Below, piece after piece: positions 38,985-48,754 of a DNA stretch of 64,000 bases. Position numbers and translations under genes: made by a program. Below the pieces are notes generated by a model. The model had not been told where the DNA came from. It did not search any database and was given only the letters and a program-made list of their open reading frames with translations. Source of the stretch: Terriglobia bacterium (lineage in GTDB: Bacteria; Acidobacteriota; Terriglobia; JAJPHL01; JAPKYU01); contig CBDCVK010000010.1 in NCBI GenBank assembly GCA_965223005.1, positions 288,001 through 352,000 of the forward strand. The letters are read 5' to 3'. Numbering within the stretch: position 1 is the first letter of the stretch; the number at the start of each line of letters is the position of its first letter.

Positions 38985-40844
38985 TCAGGAAACGACTCGC
39001 AGGGGTTCCTGGGCTCGGGCTCGCGGGTCGGGCCGGGGCGGCGTGTTGTGGTCAGGAAGGTCTTTGTTGTCCGCGCGGAAATATTGCAAGTAATGAGGCT
39101 TCACTGAAGCGATCAATTCTTTGCGGGTCTTGGTCTTCAGCGGCTTGCCGATGTAAATCTTTCCCATCCAGGCCAGCAACTTCTCCGGGACAGCCCCGGA
39201 AAACATCCACAACGGCCAGGTGAAGTTCGGCCCGTTGAGCCGCCGCAGCTTGTAGAGCCACATGCCGATGGAACCCACGCGCCAGGCGGTGGGACCCCAC
39301 CAGCTATACAGGGCCGGCCGCAGGTCAAATTTCCAGCACTTCAGGATGAGCTGCCACTGCAGCGGAGTCAGTTCCTGCGTTTGGGTCACGCCCATGGACG
39401 CCTCCAAGCGGGTATCGTGCAGAGGCGTGAAGATGGAAGGCACCAGAATGGCGAACAAGCCGCGTCGCTCCATCTCATAGACCAGGTCCAAAGTGGCCAT
39501 CACGTCTTCATCGGTCTCGCCGGGGCTGCCCACGATCAGCGTCATCACCGGAAACCAGTTGTTTTCGTTTGCAACCCGGAGACCTTCCAGTACCACGCTG
39601 GGCCAGTCTTCGATGAAAAACGGCACGCCCTTGCTGGGCATGATCTTCTTGGCCATGCGGACCGAGCCGGTCTCCAGGCCGATCAGCGGGGAGATCGCCT
39701 TCTTCTGCGGGTGGGTGCTCAAGAGCGGCAGATGAATGGGACTTTTCGGCAGCAGAATCTCGGAAAGCTTCTTGATTAAGAGTGGATCCACCACGAAGGG
39801 CGCCATCGTGCAATGGCTCAAGACATGATTTTCGACACCCGGGGTGTTTACGATCTCACCGTACAGATCCAGCAACGCCTCGCGGTTGGGGAAGAAGAAG
39901 GGCGTCTCGGTCCGGATCTGTCCCCAAATGAACATGTCTTCCGTGGCCAGCGAGATCTGATTGTTGCCGTCCCGGACGTTGGCCTGCACGGCGGTCATGA
40001 TGTTCTGTTTGGGAATGTCCAGTGCCGGATTCAAATCGGGTAGGCAGAACTGGCAGCGGCGGCCACAACCGGTGGTCATCTCGACCACGCCAAAGGTTGT
40101 TCGGGCGTCTGGAGTGAGAATCTCGTCGCGGGCCATGGGATGCGCCACCTCCACCTGACGTGGCAGCGCCTCACCGCGAATCGCTTGGTGGAACAGGGCC
40201 AGCGTGTTGGTTGATTCGCTGCGGCCATCCACGACGCTATCTACGCTCAACTCATCATAGCTGTTGGTTTGCGCGATCTGCCATCCGCCCGAGCCGCCGA
40301 CAATCACCTTGAACTTGTCCCGGTGAGAGTTCTCCTTGATCTTGTAAAAGAGCTGTTTGGCGTAGTGGGAGTTAATCGGGGACCGCGAGGAGCCGAAGAT
40401 GGAGGCGTAGACGCCGGCGGCGAAGGTCACCCCCAGGGGATTGTGGGTCGAGACCGCCACGATACGGGTATTGGGGCCAATGAACTTCTCCAGGTCGTCC
40501 GGGTAACAGGCCACCATGTCTTCCCGGGGGAACTCCCGTAGCAGTGACTTCTCCAGCAGCCGGACGCCTGCCGGCATGTAACGTGCCGTGCCATCCTCGT
40601 TGTACTCCACGTCCCGCCAGTTCGGGTACTTGCGGTTCAACACAAACTCCATCCAGATCGGCATGGAGGCCATGGCCATCTGGATGAAGTAGCCGGCGTG
40701 GTCGATGGTTTCCGTTAGCGGCGCGGTCAGGACGATCAGCTTGCCGCTGTGGTTCCCGTCGGCGCCCGGCCCATTGCTTCTCAGTTCCGGTGTCTCCCGG
40801 CCATGTGGCACAGCGTTCGGTGTTTGAGGCGGTGTTTCAGCCAT
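38985..40844 (-). CDS. Radical SAM protein with B12-binding-like N-terminal domain
   Basis: VEMTTGCGRRCQFC (CxxxCxxC), KVIVGGSGGWQ, IGLETGS, GSPGETDED. Confidence 0.85.
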   Translation of the reverse strand: MAETPPQTPNAVPHGRETPELRSNGPGADGNHSGKLIVLTAPLTETIDHAGYFIQMAMASMPIWMEFVLNRKYPNWRDVEYNEDGTARYMPAGVRLLEKSLLREFPREDMVACYPDDLEKFIGPNTRIVAVSTHNPLGVTFAAGVYASIFGSSRSPINSHYAKQLFYKIKENSHRDKFKVIVGGSGGWQIAQTNSYDELSVDSVVDGRSESTNTLALFHQAIRGEALPRQVEVAHPMARDEILTPDARTTFGVVEMTTGCGRRCQFCLPDLNPALDIPKQNIMTAVQANVRDGNNQISLATEDMFIWGQIRTETPFFFPNREALLDLYGEIVNTPGVENHVLSHCTMAPFVVDPLLIKKLSEILLPKSPIHLPLLSTHPQKKAISPLIGLETGSVRMAKKIMPSKGVPFFIEDWPSVVLEGLRVANENNWFPVMTLIVGSPGETDEDVMATLDLVYEMERRGLFAILVPSIFTPLHDTRLEASMGVTQTQELTPLQWQLILKCWKFDLRPALYSWWGPTAWRVGSIGMWLYKLRRLNGPNFTWPLWMFSGAVPEKLLAWMGKIYIGKPLKTKTRKELIASVKPHYLQYFRADNKDLPDHNTPPRPDPRARAQEPLRVVS

Positions 40845-41146
40845 GGAGTCTCTGCCAAGCTTGAAATTGGCGACGACCCTCTAAACGGCTTATAGTGCGC
40901 GAGTCCCGCGTGAAATACAAGTCCAAAAACCCGAACGGGGGAAACGGCTCTGTGGACTGTTATGGAACCTGCCGCAGTGAGCCACCAACCTTGGCACTTG
41001 CGGGCACGCATCGGCCTGCTGCCCGCCTTGCGCAATTCCGAGCGGGCTCTTTCCGCTCTTCGCCATCTGCGTATGTGTGTTAGTCTCGGTTTAACGGCAC
41101 GCTGTTGAACTGCGCACCCAAGGGGGCCAGAAAGCGTCCGGTCATC

Positions 41147-42487
41147 ATGGTCGGACAAACCCTTTCGCACTACCGCATTGAAGAAAAGCTGGGCCAGGGA
41201 GGCATGGGGGTTGTCTATCGGGCAACGGACACGCGGTTAGGCCGCGCGGTTGCCCTGAAGATGCTGCCGCCCGAGTCGTTCACCGAGCGCACGCTGCGCC
41301 GGCGCCTGGCCACCGAGGCGAAAGCCGCCTCGGCGCTGAACCACCCTGTCATCGCCACCGTCCACGACTTCGAAATCGCCGGCGACTCGGTCTTCATCGT
41401 CTACGAGTATGTGGAGGGGAGCAACCTGCGCGAACTGATGCGCAAACGGTCGTTGGGCCTGCCGGAAATCCTATCCATCTTCATCCGCGTTGCCGACGGT
41501 CTGGCCGCAGCGCACAAGGCCGGAATTGTTCACCGGGACTTGAAACCGGAAAACGTGATGGTCACCCCGGACGGCAAGGTGAAGATCCTGGACTTCGGCG
41601 TGGCCAAGGTGCCACTGCAACTAGACGAAGGAATGACCGCCGTGCTGGGCGACAACGACCTCTCCACCCGTTCCACGCTTAGCGGGCGTCTCGTAGGCAC
41701 TGTCAACTACATGTCTCCGGAACAATTGCAGGCCGAGGATGTGGACCACCGCAGCGACATTTTTTCCTTTGGTGTCACGCTGTACGAGATGGCCGCGCAA
41801 CGCCATCCCTTCGTCGGCAAAAGCCCTCCCTCGACGATCGGCAACATCCTGAAAGAGGAGCCGCCCAGCCTGGCTCAGTGGGCTTCCCAGGCGCCTGCGG
41901 AACTGGAGCGCGTCATCGGCAAGTGCCTTCAGAAGCAGCCAGGTGAACGGTACCAGTTCGTGCAGGACCTGCTGGTGGACCTGGAACAGGTCCGGCGCGG
42001 GCTGACCGGCGCCGCGCCTGTCACTCTGCCGCCGGCGCCGGAAGCTGAGTTCGCCATGTCGCGCGGCTGGGCTCGGGCCTTGCTGCTGGTTATCCAATTG
42101 GGCTACGTGGGCATCTACGGCGCCGCCCTGCACTACGCCGATTCGGTTGAACGAACTCTGGAGGGCGTGCTATTGATGCCCGCCTGGCTCACGCTGCCCC
42201 TGGTGATTGTCTCGGCCATGTGCGGGATTGCTGTGCGCTTGTATCTGCTTTCGGCCGTGGGACTGGACCACCGGGCGACCGGGGTCAAGTTCCGCCGGCT
42301 GTTTCCTGCACTGCTGGTGCTGGACGCCCTGTGGGCCACCTCGCCCCTGCTGCTGGTGCCGAAAATCCACTACGGGGTAGCGCTGGCCTGCGTTGCCGGG
42401 TTGGCCTACCTGCCCTTCTCCCAGCGCACCTTAATCCAAAGCGCTTACCGCTGGGCGACGGCACCACTCTCGTCTGCTTCCGGCTAG
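41147..42487 (+). CDS. Hanks-type Ser/Thr kinase with C-terminal multi-TM domain
   Basis: LGQGGMGVVY, VALK, HRDLKPEN, DFG, GTVNYMSPEQ, SDIFSFG; about four hydrophobic helices at the C-terminus. Confidence 0.93.
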   Translation: MVGQTLSHYRIEEKLGQGGMGVVYRATDTRLGRAVALKMLPPESFTERTLRRRLATEAKAASALNHPVIATVHDFEIAGDSVFIVYEYVEGSNLRELMRKRSLGLPEILSIFIRVADGLAAAHKAGIVHRDLKPENVMVTPDGKVKILDFGVAKVPLQLDEGMTAVLGDNDLSTRSTLSGRLVGTVNYMSPEQLQAEDVDHRSDIFSFGVTLYEMAAQRHPFVGKSPPSTIGNILKEEPPSLAQWASQAPAELERVIGKCLQKQPGERYQFVQDLLVDLEQVRRGLTGAAPVTLPPAPEAEFAMSRGWARALLLVIQLGYVGIYGAALHYADSVERTLEGVLLMPAWLTLPLVIVSAMCGIAVRLYLLSAVGLDHRATGVKFRRLFPALLVLDALWATSPLLLVPKIHYGVALACVAGLAYLPFSQRTLIQSAYRWATAPLSSASG

Positions 42488-42606
42488 AGCCAGCCCTGCT
42501 ATCGGTTCGGAGAGATCCTAACGGGATGGTCACTCGCCTACAAAATCAGCGATAATGCGCTTGGAAAGGGAGGGGAACATTCCTAACTACCTCAAGACGG
42601 GCCGAC

Positions 42607-43800
42607 GTGAGTGAGGATGTCCGGATGACACAAGAGCTATTTGAGCGGGTCGAGCAGATTCTGCGATCAGATGGCGCGGAGGCTGGTTTTGACTTACTGG
42701 CGGAAGAATTCCTCCGCGAGAAGAAATACCCCCTCCTGTTTGAAGCGCGGCTCATGAAAAAACGTTGCGAGCTCGGCCTGCCGCTGATTGAGGTGGAAGC
42801 GCCCCAGATGCCGGAACAGAAGGCACGCGAATACGAGGCGGCCCTGGTCCAGGCGGCCCGCGAGGCGGGCCATCTTTTCCTGACCGCCGGCGACATCGAA
42901 AGCGCGTGGCCCTATTTTCGTGCGATCGGGGAGCCAGGGCCGGTGGCCGCGGCCATCGAGAGGCTTTCGCCCGGCGAGGGGCTTGACCGGATCATCGAGA
43001 TTGCTTTCTTTGAACAAGTTCATCCTCGGAAGGGTTTCGAGCTGATCCTGGCGAATTACGGGACTTGCAGAGCGATCACAACGTTGGCGCAGTATCCAGG
43101 CCGCAAGGGCAGGCAGGATTGTACCCGCATGCTAGTCCGGAGCCTGCATGCCGATCTACTTAAGAACCTGAAACAGGTTATTGCCGGGCAGGAGGGCCAA
43201 AGTCCGGACAAGAACAGCGTGACCGAGCTGACTACAGGACGCGACTGGCTGTTTGGAGAATTCGGCTGTCATATCGACTCGACGCACCTTGCCTCCATCC
43301 TCCCGTCGAGCCTTGAGCTGGACGACCGGGAAACCCTTTTGCTCGCACTGGAGTTGGCAGAATACGGAAACCGCCTGGCGACGACGTTCCACTACCGTAG
43401 CGAACCGCCATTCGAAAATCTGTATCAGGACCACGCCGTCTACCTGCGGGCTCTCCTAGGCGACGACGTGGATTCGGCAATCACACATTTCCAAGAGAAG
43501 GCTGCGAAGGCGAATCCCCAAGAAGACAGCCGCCCTGCCCAGGCTTTGGTTGGGCTTCTGGCCCGCCTTGGGCGCTATGCTGATGCAATCGAAGATTCGC
43601 TCACACATCTTCGCGATCACGATCCTTCCCAACTCGCCTGCCCCACGGTTCTCCAATTGTGCCAGATGGCCGGGGATCACCGGCGCCTCATGGAAATAGC
43701 GCGGGAGAAGGGCGACTTGTTGAGTTTCGCTGCTGCCGTGTTGCAGGCGGATTTGGGACCGCTACGGTCCGCGGAAGCTGGCGAAACCACTCGCAAATAG
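42607..43800 (+). CDS. Conserved all-alpha hypothetical protein
   Basis: Long ORF with LFEARLMKKRCELGLPL, AWPYFRAIGE, GTCRAIT, HIDSTHLAS motifs. Confidence 0.75.
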   Translation: MSEDVRMTQELFERVEQILRSDGAEAGFDLLAEEFLREKKYPLLFEARLMKKRCELGLPLIEVEAPQMPEQKAREYEAALVQAAREAGHLFLTAGDIESAWPYFRAIGEPGPVAAAIERLSPGEGLDRIIEIAFFEQVHPRKGFELILANYGTCRAITTLAQYPGRKGRQDCTRMLVRSLHADLLKNLKQVIAGQEGQSPDKNSVTELTTGRDWLFGEFGCHIDSTHLASILPSSLELDDRETLLLALELAEYGNRLATTFHYRSEPPFENLYQDHAVYLRALLGDDVDSAITHFQEKAAKANPQEDSRPAQALVGLLARLGRYADAIEDSLTHLRDHDPSQLACPTVLQLCQMAGDHRRLMEIAREKGDLLSFAAAVLQADLGPLRSAEAGETTRK

Positions 43801-43828
43801 GAGGTCGCAGATCGGAGGCGGAATCCCC

Positions 43829-44728
43829 ATGAGCGGCACACACGAATCCAGAATTCTGGTGATTGACGACGACGAAGCGACGTTGATCGTTGTCCGCAAG
43901 CTGCTGGAAGCGACCGGTGTCTTCGTGGACGTTTCGCTGTCGGCGAACGACGCGCTGGTCCGTCTTTCCGAATCCCGCTACGACGTCATCCTCTGCGACA
44001 TGTGGATGCCGGGGATGAGCGGCAAGGACTTCTACGACCGGCTGAGAAAAGAATTTCCGGACTACCAGAACCGCACTGTGATTCTGACCGGGGATTTGGC
44101 TTCGGAAGCCAGCTGGGAGTTCATCGAGGGGAACGGCCTGCCCTACGTTCTGAAGCCCATCAGCCCTAACGAGTTGCGCCGAAGACTTGAAGAGGTGATC
44201 GGGCCGGAGGTCGGTGCGGCGGAGCAGGAGGGGCCAGAGAAACGGCGGCATGAGCGGGTTAGAACGAAGGAGCAGGCTCGGGTACGCATGGGGTCAGAAT
44301 CTGCGGATTTGGAGATCGCCGAGGTCGACAATGCCAGCAAAGAGGGCGTCTACTTCGTGACCACCCAGCAGTACCGGGTCGGAACCGAAGTGGTGGTTTC
44401 CTTTCCGTATCCGGAGGCCGGCGACGTGTGGCAGGGAGGGTACGTGGTTCGGGTCAGTGAGCGAGGGGAGGGGCGGCGAGGCGTGGCCATCGCATTGGGC
44501 GGGGCGGCGTCGGCCATCCGCGGTGTGTTAGGGGCCTACGGGGGAGAGGCGACGGCCGATGAAGCCGACGTGAAGTTGCAACTTGCCCGCGCGCGGGACG
44601 AGGTGCGCCATCTGATGCAGGAGCTCGCCGCCCTGAAGACTAGCTATGAGCGTGTTGTCGCCCAACGTGAGCAGCTAGCCGCCGAAAAGAGCCACCTGGA
44701 GCTCCGGTTGCGCGAACTAACGAAGTAA
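43829..44728 (+). CDS. Response regulator: REC-PilZ-coiled coil, no catalytic output domain
   Basis: ILVIDDD...YDVILCDMWMPGMSG...LKP; PilZ KRRHER and DNASKEG; C-terminal heptad repeats. Confidence 0.85.
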   Translation: MSGTHESRILVIDDDEATLIVVRKLLEATGVFVDVSLSANDALVRLSESRYDVILCDMWMPGMSGKDFYDRLRKEFPDYQNRTVILTGDLASEASWEFIEGNGLPYVLKPISPNELRRRLEEVIGPEVGAAEQEGPEKRRHERVRTKEQARVRMGSESADLEIAEVDNASKEGVYFVTTQQYRVGTEVVVSFPYPEAGDVWQGGYVVRVSERGEGRRGVAIALGGAASAIRGVLGAYGGEATADEADVKLQLARARDEVRHLMQELAALKTSYERVVAQREQLAAEKSHLELRLRELTK

Positions 44729-44916
44729 CTGCGACTCTGTCTGCTGGCGGATTTTGAGACGGACTTCGAGCGTCCTTCTCACTCGCTCTCCTCGCTCACC
44801 CTTCCTAGACACCGACTTCAGCAATCGAGGGCTCGCTAAGGATCAGATCGAGATCGCGAACCAACCACGCGAAAGGATCCTTAGAGAGCAAAGACGAGAG
44901 CAGGGCGGGAGAAAAC

Positions 44917-45720
44917 ATGAATTCAGCGAACGATAAAGGTCTAAAGGGTAAAACAGCTATCGTGACCGGAGGCGCTCAAGGCATTGGCCGAGGGATCTGC
45001 CTCACCTTGGCCGGCGAAGGAGTCAACACCGTCGTCGCCGACCTCAACGTCGAATCCGGCCAGCAGGTCGCGCGAGAGATCGAGCAACGGGGCGGACACG
45101 CTCGGTTCGCGCGCTGCGACGTGACCGTGGCGGCGGATACAAAACAAATAGCTGCCGTGGCGCAGCAAAGCTTCGGCGCGATCGATATCCTCGTCAACGT
45201 TGCAGGTATCGCACTCGTCAAACCCTTCCGGGAGCTTACCGAGGCTGAATGGGATCGCATCGTGGCCGTCAGTCTCAAAGGCACCTATCTTTGCTGCGCC
45301 AGTGTACTGACGGACATGGTGGAACGCTGCAGCGGGAAGATCATCAACATATCCTCGATCGCGGCTCTCTACCCCACGGCTCAACAGGCTCCCTATTGTG
45401 CCGCCAAGGCAGGTGTCATCGCCTTGACCCGCTCGCTGGCCTACGAATTCGGCGCCTACAACATCAATGTCAATGCCATTTGCCCCGGCATCGTGCGGAC
45501 CCCCATTTGGGAGAAGGTTCTTGACGACCTCTCGGCTAGAAGCGGCCAGGATAAGGAAAAGATCTTTCAGACATATGTAGAGCCGATCCCCCTCCAGCGA
45601 GCCCAAACACCGGAGGACATCGGCAGCCTGGTGGTGTTTCTAAGTTCAGAGCGCGCCAACAACATCACCGCGGCCACCATCAGCGTGACCGGCGGAATGG
45701 ACTCGGTTTTCTTCAAATAG
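44917..45720 (+). CDS. Short-chain dehydrogenase/reductase
   Basis: TGGAQGIG, NVAG, NISS, YCAAK, NAICPG. Confidence 0.93.
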   Translation: MNSANDKGLKGKTAIVTGGAQGIGRGICLTLAGEGVNTVVADLNVESGQQVAREIEQRGGHARFARCDVTVAADTKQIAAVAQQSFGAIDILVNVAGIALVKPFRELTEAEWDRIVAVSLKGTYLCCASVLTDMVERCSGKIINISSIAALYPTAQQAPYCAAKAGVIALTRSLAYEFGAYNINVNAICPGIVRTPIWEKVLDDLSARSGQDKEKIFQTYVEPIPLQRAQTPEDIGSLVVFLSSERANNITAATISVTGGMDSVFFK

Positions 45721-45863
45721 CAGGAGACTTAGCCATCGCCCTGCCGCCCCTTTATGGCGCCATAGCAACACTTCAACGTGGAAAATCGGATATAACTTCC
45801 TCCTTGCAGCATCGATAGCTTGACAAGGATCCATGAAGCCGGAATGGCTTCTGCCGGACGCGA

Positions 45864-46247
45864 CTAGCCAAACTTTTCGACCTTGATAGGATCGCCGTTT
45901 TTCACTTTGTTCAATTGTGTAACGGGCGCGAGTGTCTTGCCCCAGATGTTCGTCCGCGCAGCGAGGCGGATTTCCTTGCCGCGAGAAACCGGTGTGGGGC
46001 CAAAGCCGATGGCGATGGAGTCGCCCTCAACCCAGAAGGCCAACTCGCCCGCCTCGACCACGTCCTTGGCATCCGGCTCCTTACTCACTTGAACCGGTGC
46101 GGAGAAGTAGACCTCATCTCCCCAGGTGGAAGCAGTGGAAGTGAAAGGCAACTTTGCGTAGATGGCGTCGGCGGTTGGGGTGTCAAACAACTCGGCCTCC
46201 AGTTTCATCGGCCCCATGGTCATTGTAAGTTTCCGTGTTCCAGCCAT
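45864..46247 (-). CDS. Cyclophilin-like fold protein (DUF369-type)
   Basis: DTPTADAI...LPF...WGDEVYF...GELAFW...IAIGFGPTP.S. Confidence 0.8.
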   Translation of the reverse strand: MAGTRKLTMTMGPMKLEAELFDTPTADAIYAKLPFTSTASTWGDEVYFSAPVQVSKEPDAKDVVEAGELAFWVEGDSIAIGFGPTPVSRGKEIRLAARTNIWGKTLAPVTQLNKVKNGDPIKVEKFG

Positions 46248-46446
46248 ATTGGAATCATAAGTCGGGCAGCATCAGGCACGCAAACGCGGAAAGAATCTTC
46301 CGGTCCGCTCCATGTGCGGCAGGCGGAAGAAGACCGGCGCGCATGGCCGGGTCATCATGTTGACTTACCTGTGGGCGAGACCTAAGATTTCCCAAGTGCG
46401 GCGGTTCCTTCCCCATGATCGGGCCTCATGATCAGCCAGGGCAAGG

Positions 46447-48021
46447 ATGTTCCCGATGAGACTCGGTCGCAGCTCGGCTCGACTCCTGTTCGGCAGTTTG
46501 GTCTACCTCCTTTTGGTTTCCTCAGCCGGTGCACAGCCCAATGTCCGGGCAGTTCTCGACGGGGCGTCGTTTGGACCTCTCGTCTCGCCAGGGTCGCTGG
46601 TTTCGATCTTTGGAACCGAGCTCGCCCAATCGACTGACGCTGCTTCGGAGGTGCCCCTCCCGACAGAGCTGGACGGAGTCACTGTTACTGTCAACGGTTT
46701 GGAGGCGCCGCTTTACTTTGTCTCTCCGGATCAGATCAACGCACAGATCCCATTCGGCATTAGCGAGGAGAAAGTGGATCTGGTCGTCGTCACCCGGCAA
46801 GGGCAGAGTCGGGCGTACTCGGTCGCCTTATTGCCCACCTCTCCGGGAATCTTTACCAGAAGCGGCGATGGCAAAGGGACTCCCGTGCTCTTGGACCCCT
46901 CCTTTACGCTTCTCGAGACGGTTGCTCCCGGGCAGCGCGTGATCCTCTACGCCAGCGGCCTGGGAGAGACGGATCCTCAGGCGGCCACCGGGATGGGCGG
47001 CGCCGGCGGGGAACCCCTCAACCGAGTCGCCGATCTCCCGGAGGTCTATATCGGGGGAAAGCAAGCCCAGGTGGAGTTTGCCGGACTGGCGCCAGGCTTC
47101 GTGGGTGTTTACCAGTTGAACGTCGTGGCTCCCGAGGAATTCACCAGTGGCCGGGTTTTTCTGATTTCCCGCGGCAGGCGAAGCAACTCCACAGAGATAA
47201 CGGCCACGCTGCCGGACCCGGTCCACGGTTCCGGGATCGTCGTCTCCGAGGTCCGGCCAGTCGGAGCGTTTCGGCGGATCCAGCTGTTCGCGATCGCCAG
47301 CGTAGAGGTCATGGTCGGACAGGAGGCCTCGCCACTGCGGATTGAGGCGGAGGACAACCTGATTGGACTCATCTCCACGCAAGTCCGAGACGGCGCTCTC
47401 CAAATCACCTCGTCAGGTCCTTACACCACCCAGACGGCCGTTCAGGTGTCGCTCAGCGTCCCTGCTTTGGACCGGGTGGAACTGCTTGGGGTGGGAGGCT
47501 TCACTGTGGTCGGGCTTTCCGGGGGGAGCTTCGAAGCCTTCATCAGCGGTGTTGGCGACGTGCTGGCATCTGGTTCGGTCGACTCGGTGGATGTCCTGTT
47601 GCAAGGGGTGGGAAACGTCTCCTTGTCCAACCTTGCAGCCAAGCACGTCCGTGCGTGGCTCCCTGGAGTTGGCAATGTGGAGGTAAATGCAAGCGAGTCC
47701 CTATTTGCTCGGCTGCATGGGATCGGCGACATCCTCTACATCGGCAACCCGGCCCAAGTGGACGCCGAAGTCAAAGGTGTCGGCGAAATCAGGCCAGGAA
47801 TGGGCAACGGCATTATCGGCCGCACTATTTCCCACTCCCGGGTCATGGAGAAGCTCGGCGCGGGCGCCATGGGTGTCCTCCACAAAGCCAGGGGGACACC
47901 CGGCTTACCCGCAGCAGTGGCGGCAGAACGGCCGGCTTGCAACCTTGCCCGACTGAAGCGCCCCGCCGGAAGCATCGCCGGCTTCCGGCGAGGCTTTCGC
48001 CGGGGCGAGATGGCTGTATGA
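46447..48021 (+). CDS. Secreted protein: Acidobacteria Ig-like (TIGR03437-like) domain plus DUF2807/GIN domain; C-terminus runs into a kinase remnant
   Basis: SPGSLVSIFG...APLYFVSPDQINAQIP...LYASGLG...FAGLAPGFVGVYQLNV; GSG...EVRPVGAF...IEAEDNLI and GVG repeats. Confidence 0.78.
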   Translation: MFPMRLGRSSARLLFGSLVYLLLVSSAGAQPNVRAVLDGASFGPLVSPGSLVSIFGTELAQSTDAASEVPLPTELDGVTVTVNGLEAPLYFVSPDQINAQIPFGISEEKVDLVVVTRQGQSRAYSVALLPTSPGIFTRSGDGKGTPVLLDPSFTLLETVAPGQRVILYASGLGETDPQAATGMGGAGGEPLNRVADLPEVYIGGKQAQVEFAGLAPGFVGVYQLNVVAPEEFTSGRVFLISRGRRSNSTEITATLPDPVHGSGIVVSEVRPVGAFRRIQLFAIASVEVMVGQEASPLRIEAEDNLIGLISTQVRDGALQITSSGPYTTQTAVQVSLSVPALDRVELLGVGGFTVVGLSGGSFEAFISGVGDVLASGSVDSVDVLLQGVGNVSLSNLAAKHVRAWLPGVGNVEVNASESLFARLHGIGDILYIGNPAQVDAEVKGVGEIRPGMGNGIIGRTISHSRVMEKLGAGAMGVLHKARGTPGLPAAVAAERPACNLARLKRPAGSIAGFRRGFRRGEMAV

Positions 48022-48176
48022 GCCCATATTTCATGTAACTTATTGAATATAAGCCGACTATATATTAGTTCATAACGCTAAGATTATATTCCAATAAAGA
48101 TGAAACCATGTGGCATGCTCCTCCATCTAACTGAATGAGACCAGCAATGAGCTGGACGACTAGGAGGTTAGTCACA

Positions 48177-48641
48177 ATGGCGTATCTAGTACGATGGGAA
48201 CCCTTTAAACTGGTGCGCGATCTCAGCAGGGACTTGGATCGCGCCTTTGTCAACCCCTTCGGCAGCAACTTCTTCGGCGAACGCGGCCGGCCGAGCATCG
48301 GCAACGGCTATGACTTTAGCCCGGCTGTAAACACCTACGAAACCGACAAAGAGTATGTCGTTGAAGCTCAGGTGCCGGGGTTCACTGCTGAGACCCTCCA
48401 GATCCTGCACAACGACCACGGGCTCACGCTGAAGGGTGAGCGGAAGCAGGAGACCGAGGACAAAAAGGCCAACTACCACCGGCGCGAAGCGAGCTATTCT
48501 TCCTTCGTGCGTACGCTGGACCTTCCCGAGTTGGTGAATCCGGCGAAGAGTAAGGCTGAACTGAAGGATGGGGTGCTAAAGGTGCGGTTCGAGAAGGTCG
48601 AGGGCAAGTCCCAGACGAAGCAGATCAGCATCAAATCCTAA
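48177..48641 (+). CDS. Hsp20/alpha-crystallin small heat-shock protein
   Basis: LVRWEPF, PAVNTYET...VPG, LTLKGER, RREASYSSFVR.L.LP, ELKDGVL; AGGAGG RBS. Confidence 0.93.
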   Translation: MAYLVRWEPFKLVRDLSRDLDRAFVNPFGSNFFGERGRPSIGNGYDFSPAVNTYETDKEYVVEAQVPGFTAETLQILHNDHGLTLKGERKQETEDKKANYHRREASYSSFVRTLDLPELVNPAKSKAELKDGVLKVRFEKVEGKSQTKQISIKS

Positions 48642-48754
48642 GGACTTGCTGGGCTCCGCAACCGCGGGCCCCGTCTGATTGCTCTGGTTACCCGGCGGGT
48701 TGGCGACACCTGATCCGCCGGGCGGTGCAGAAGCTGAACGTGGACGCCGCCGAA

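Noticed and set aside
48020-48176. CIRCE or IscR-like operator in the AT-rich region upstream of hsp20
   Set aside because: No TTAGCACTC-N9-GAGTGCTAA match; CCGACTATATATTAGTTC only loosely resembles an Rrf2-type site
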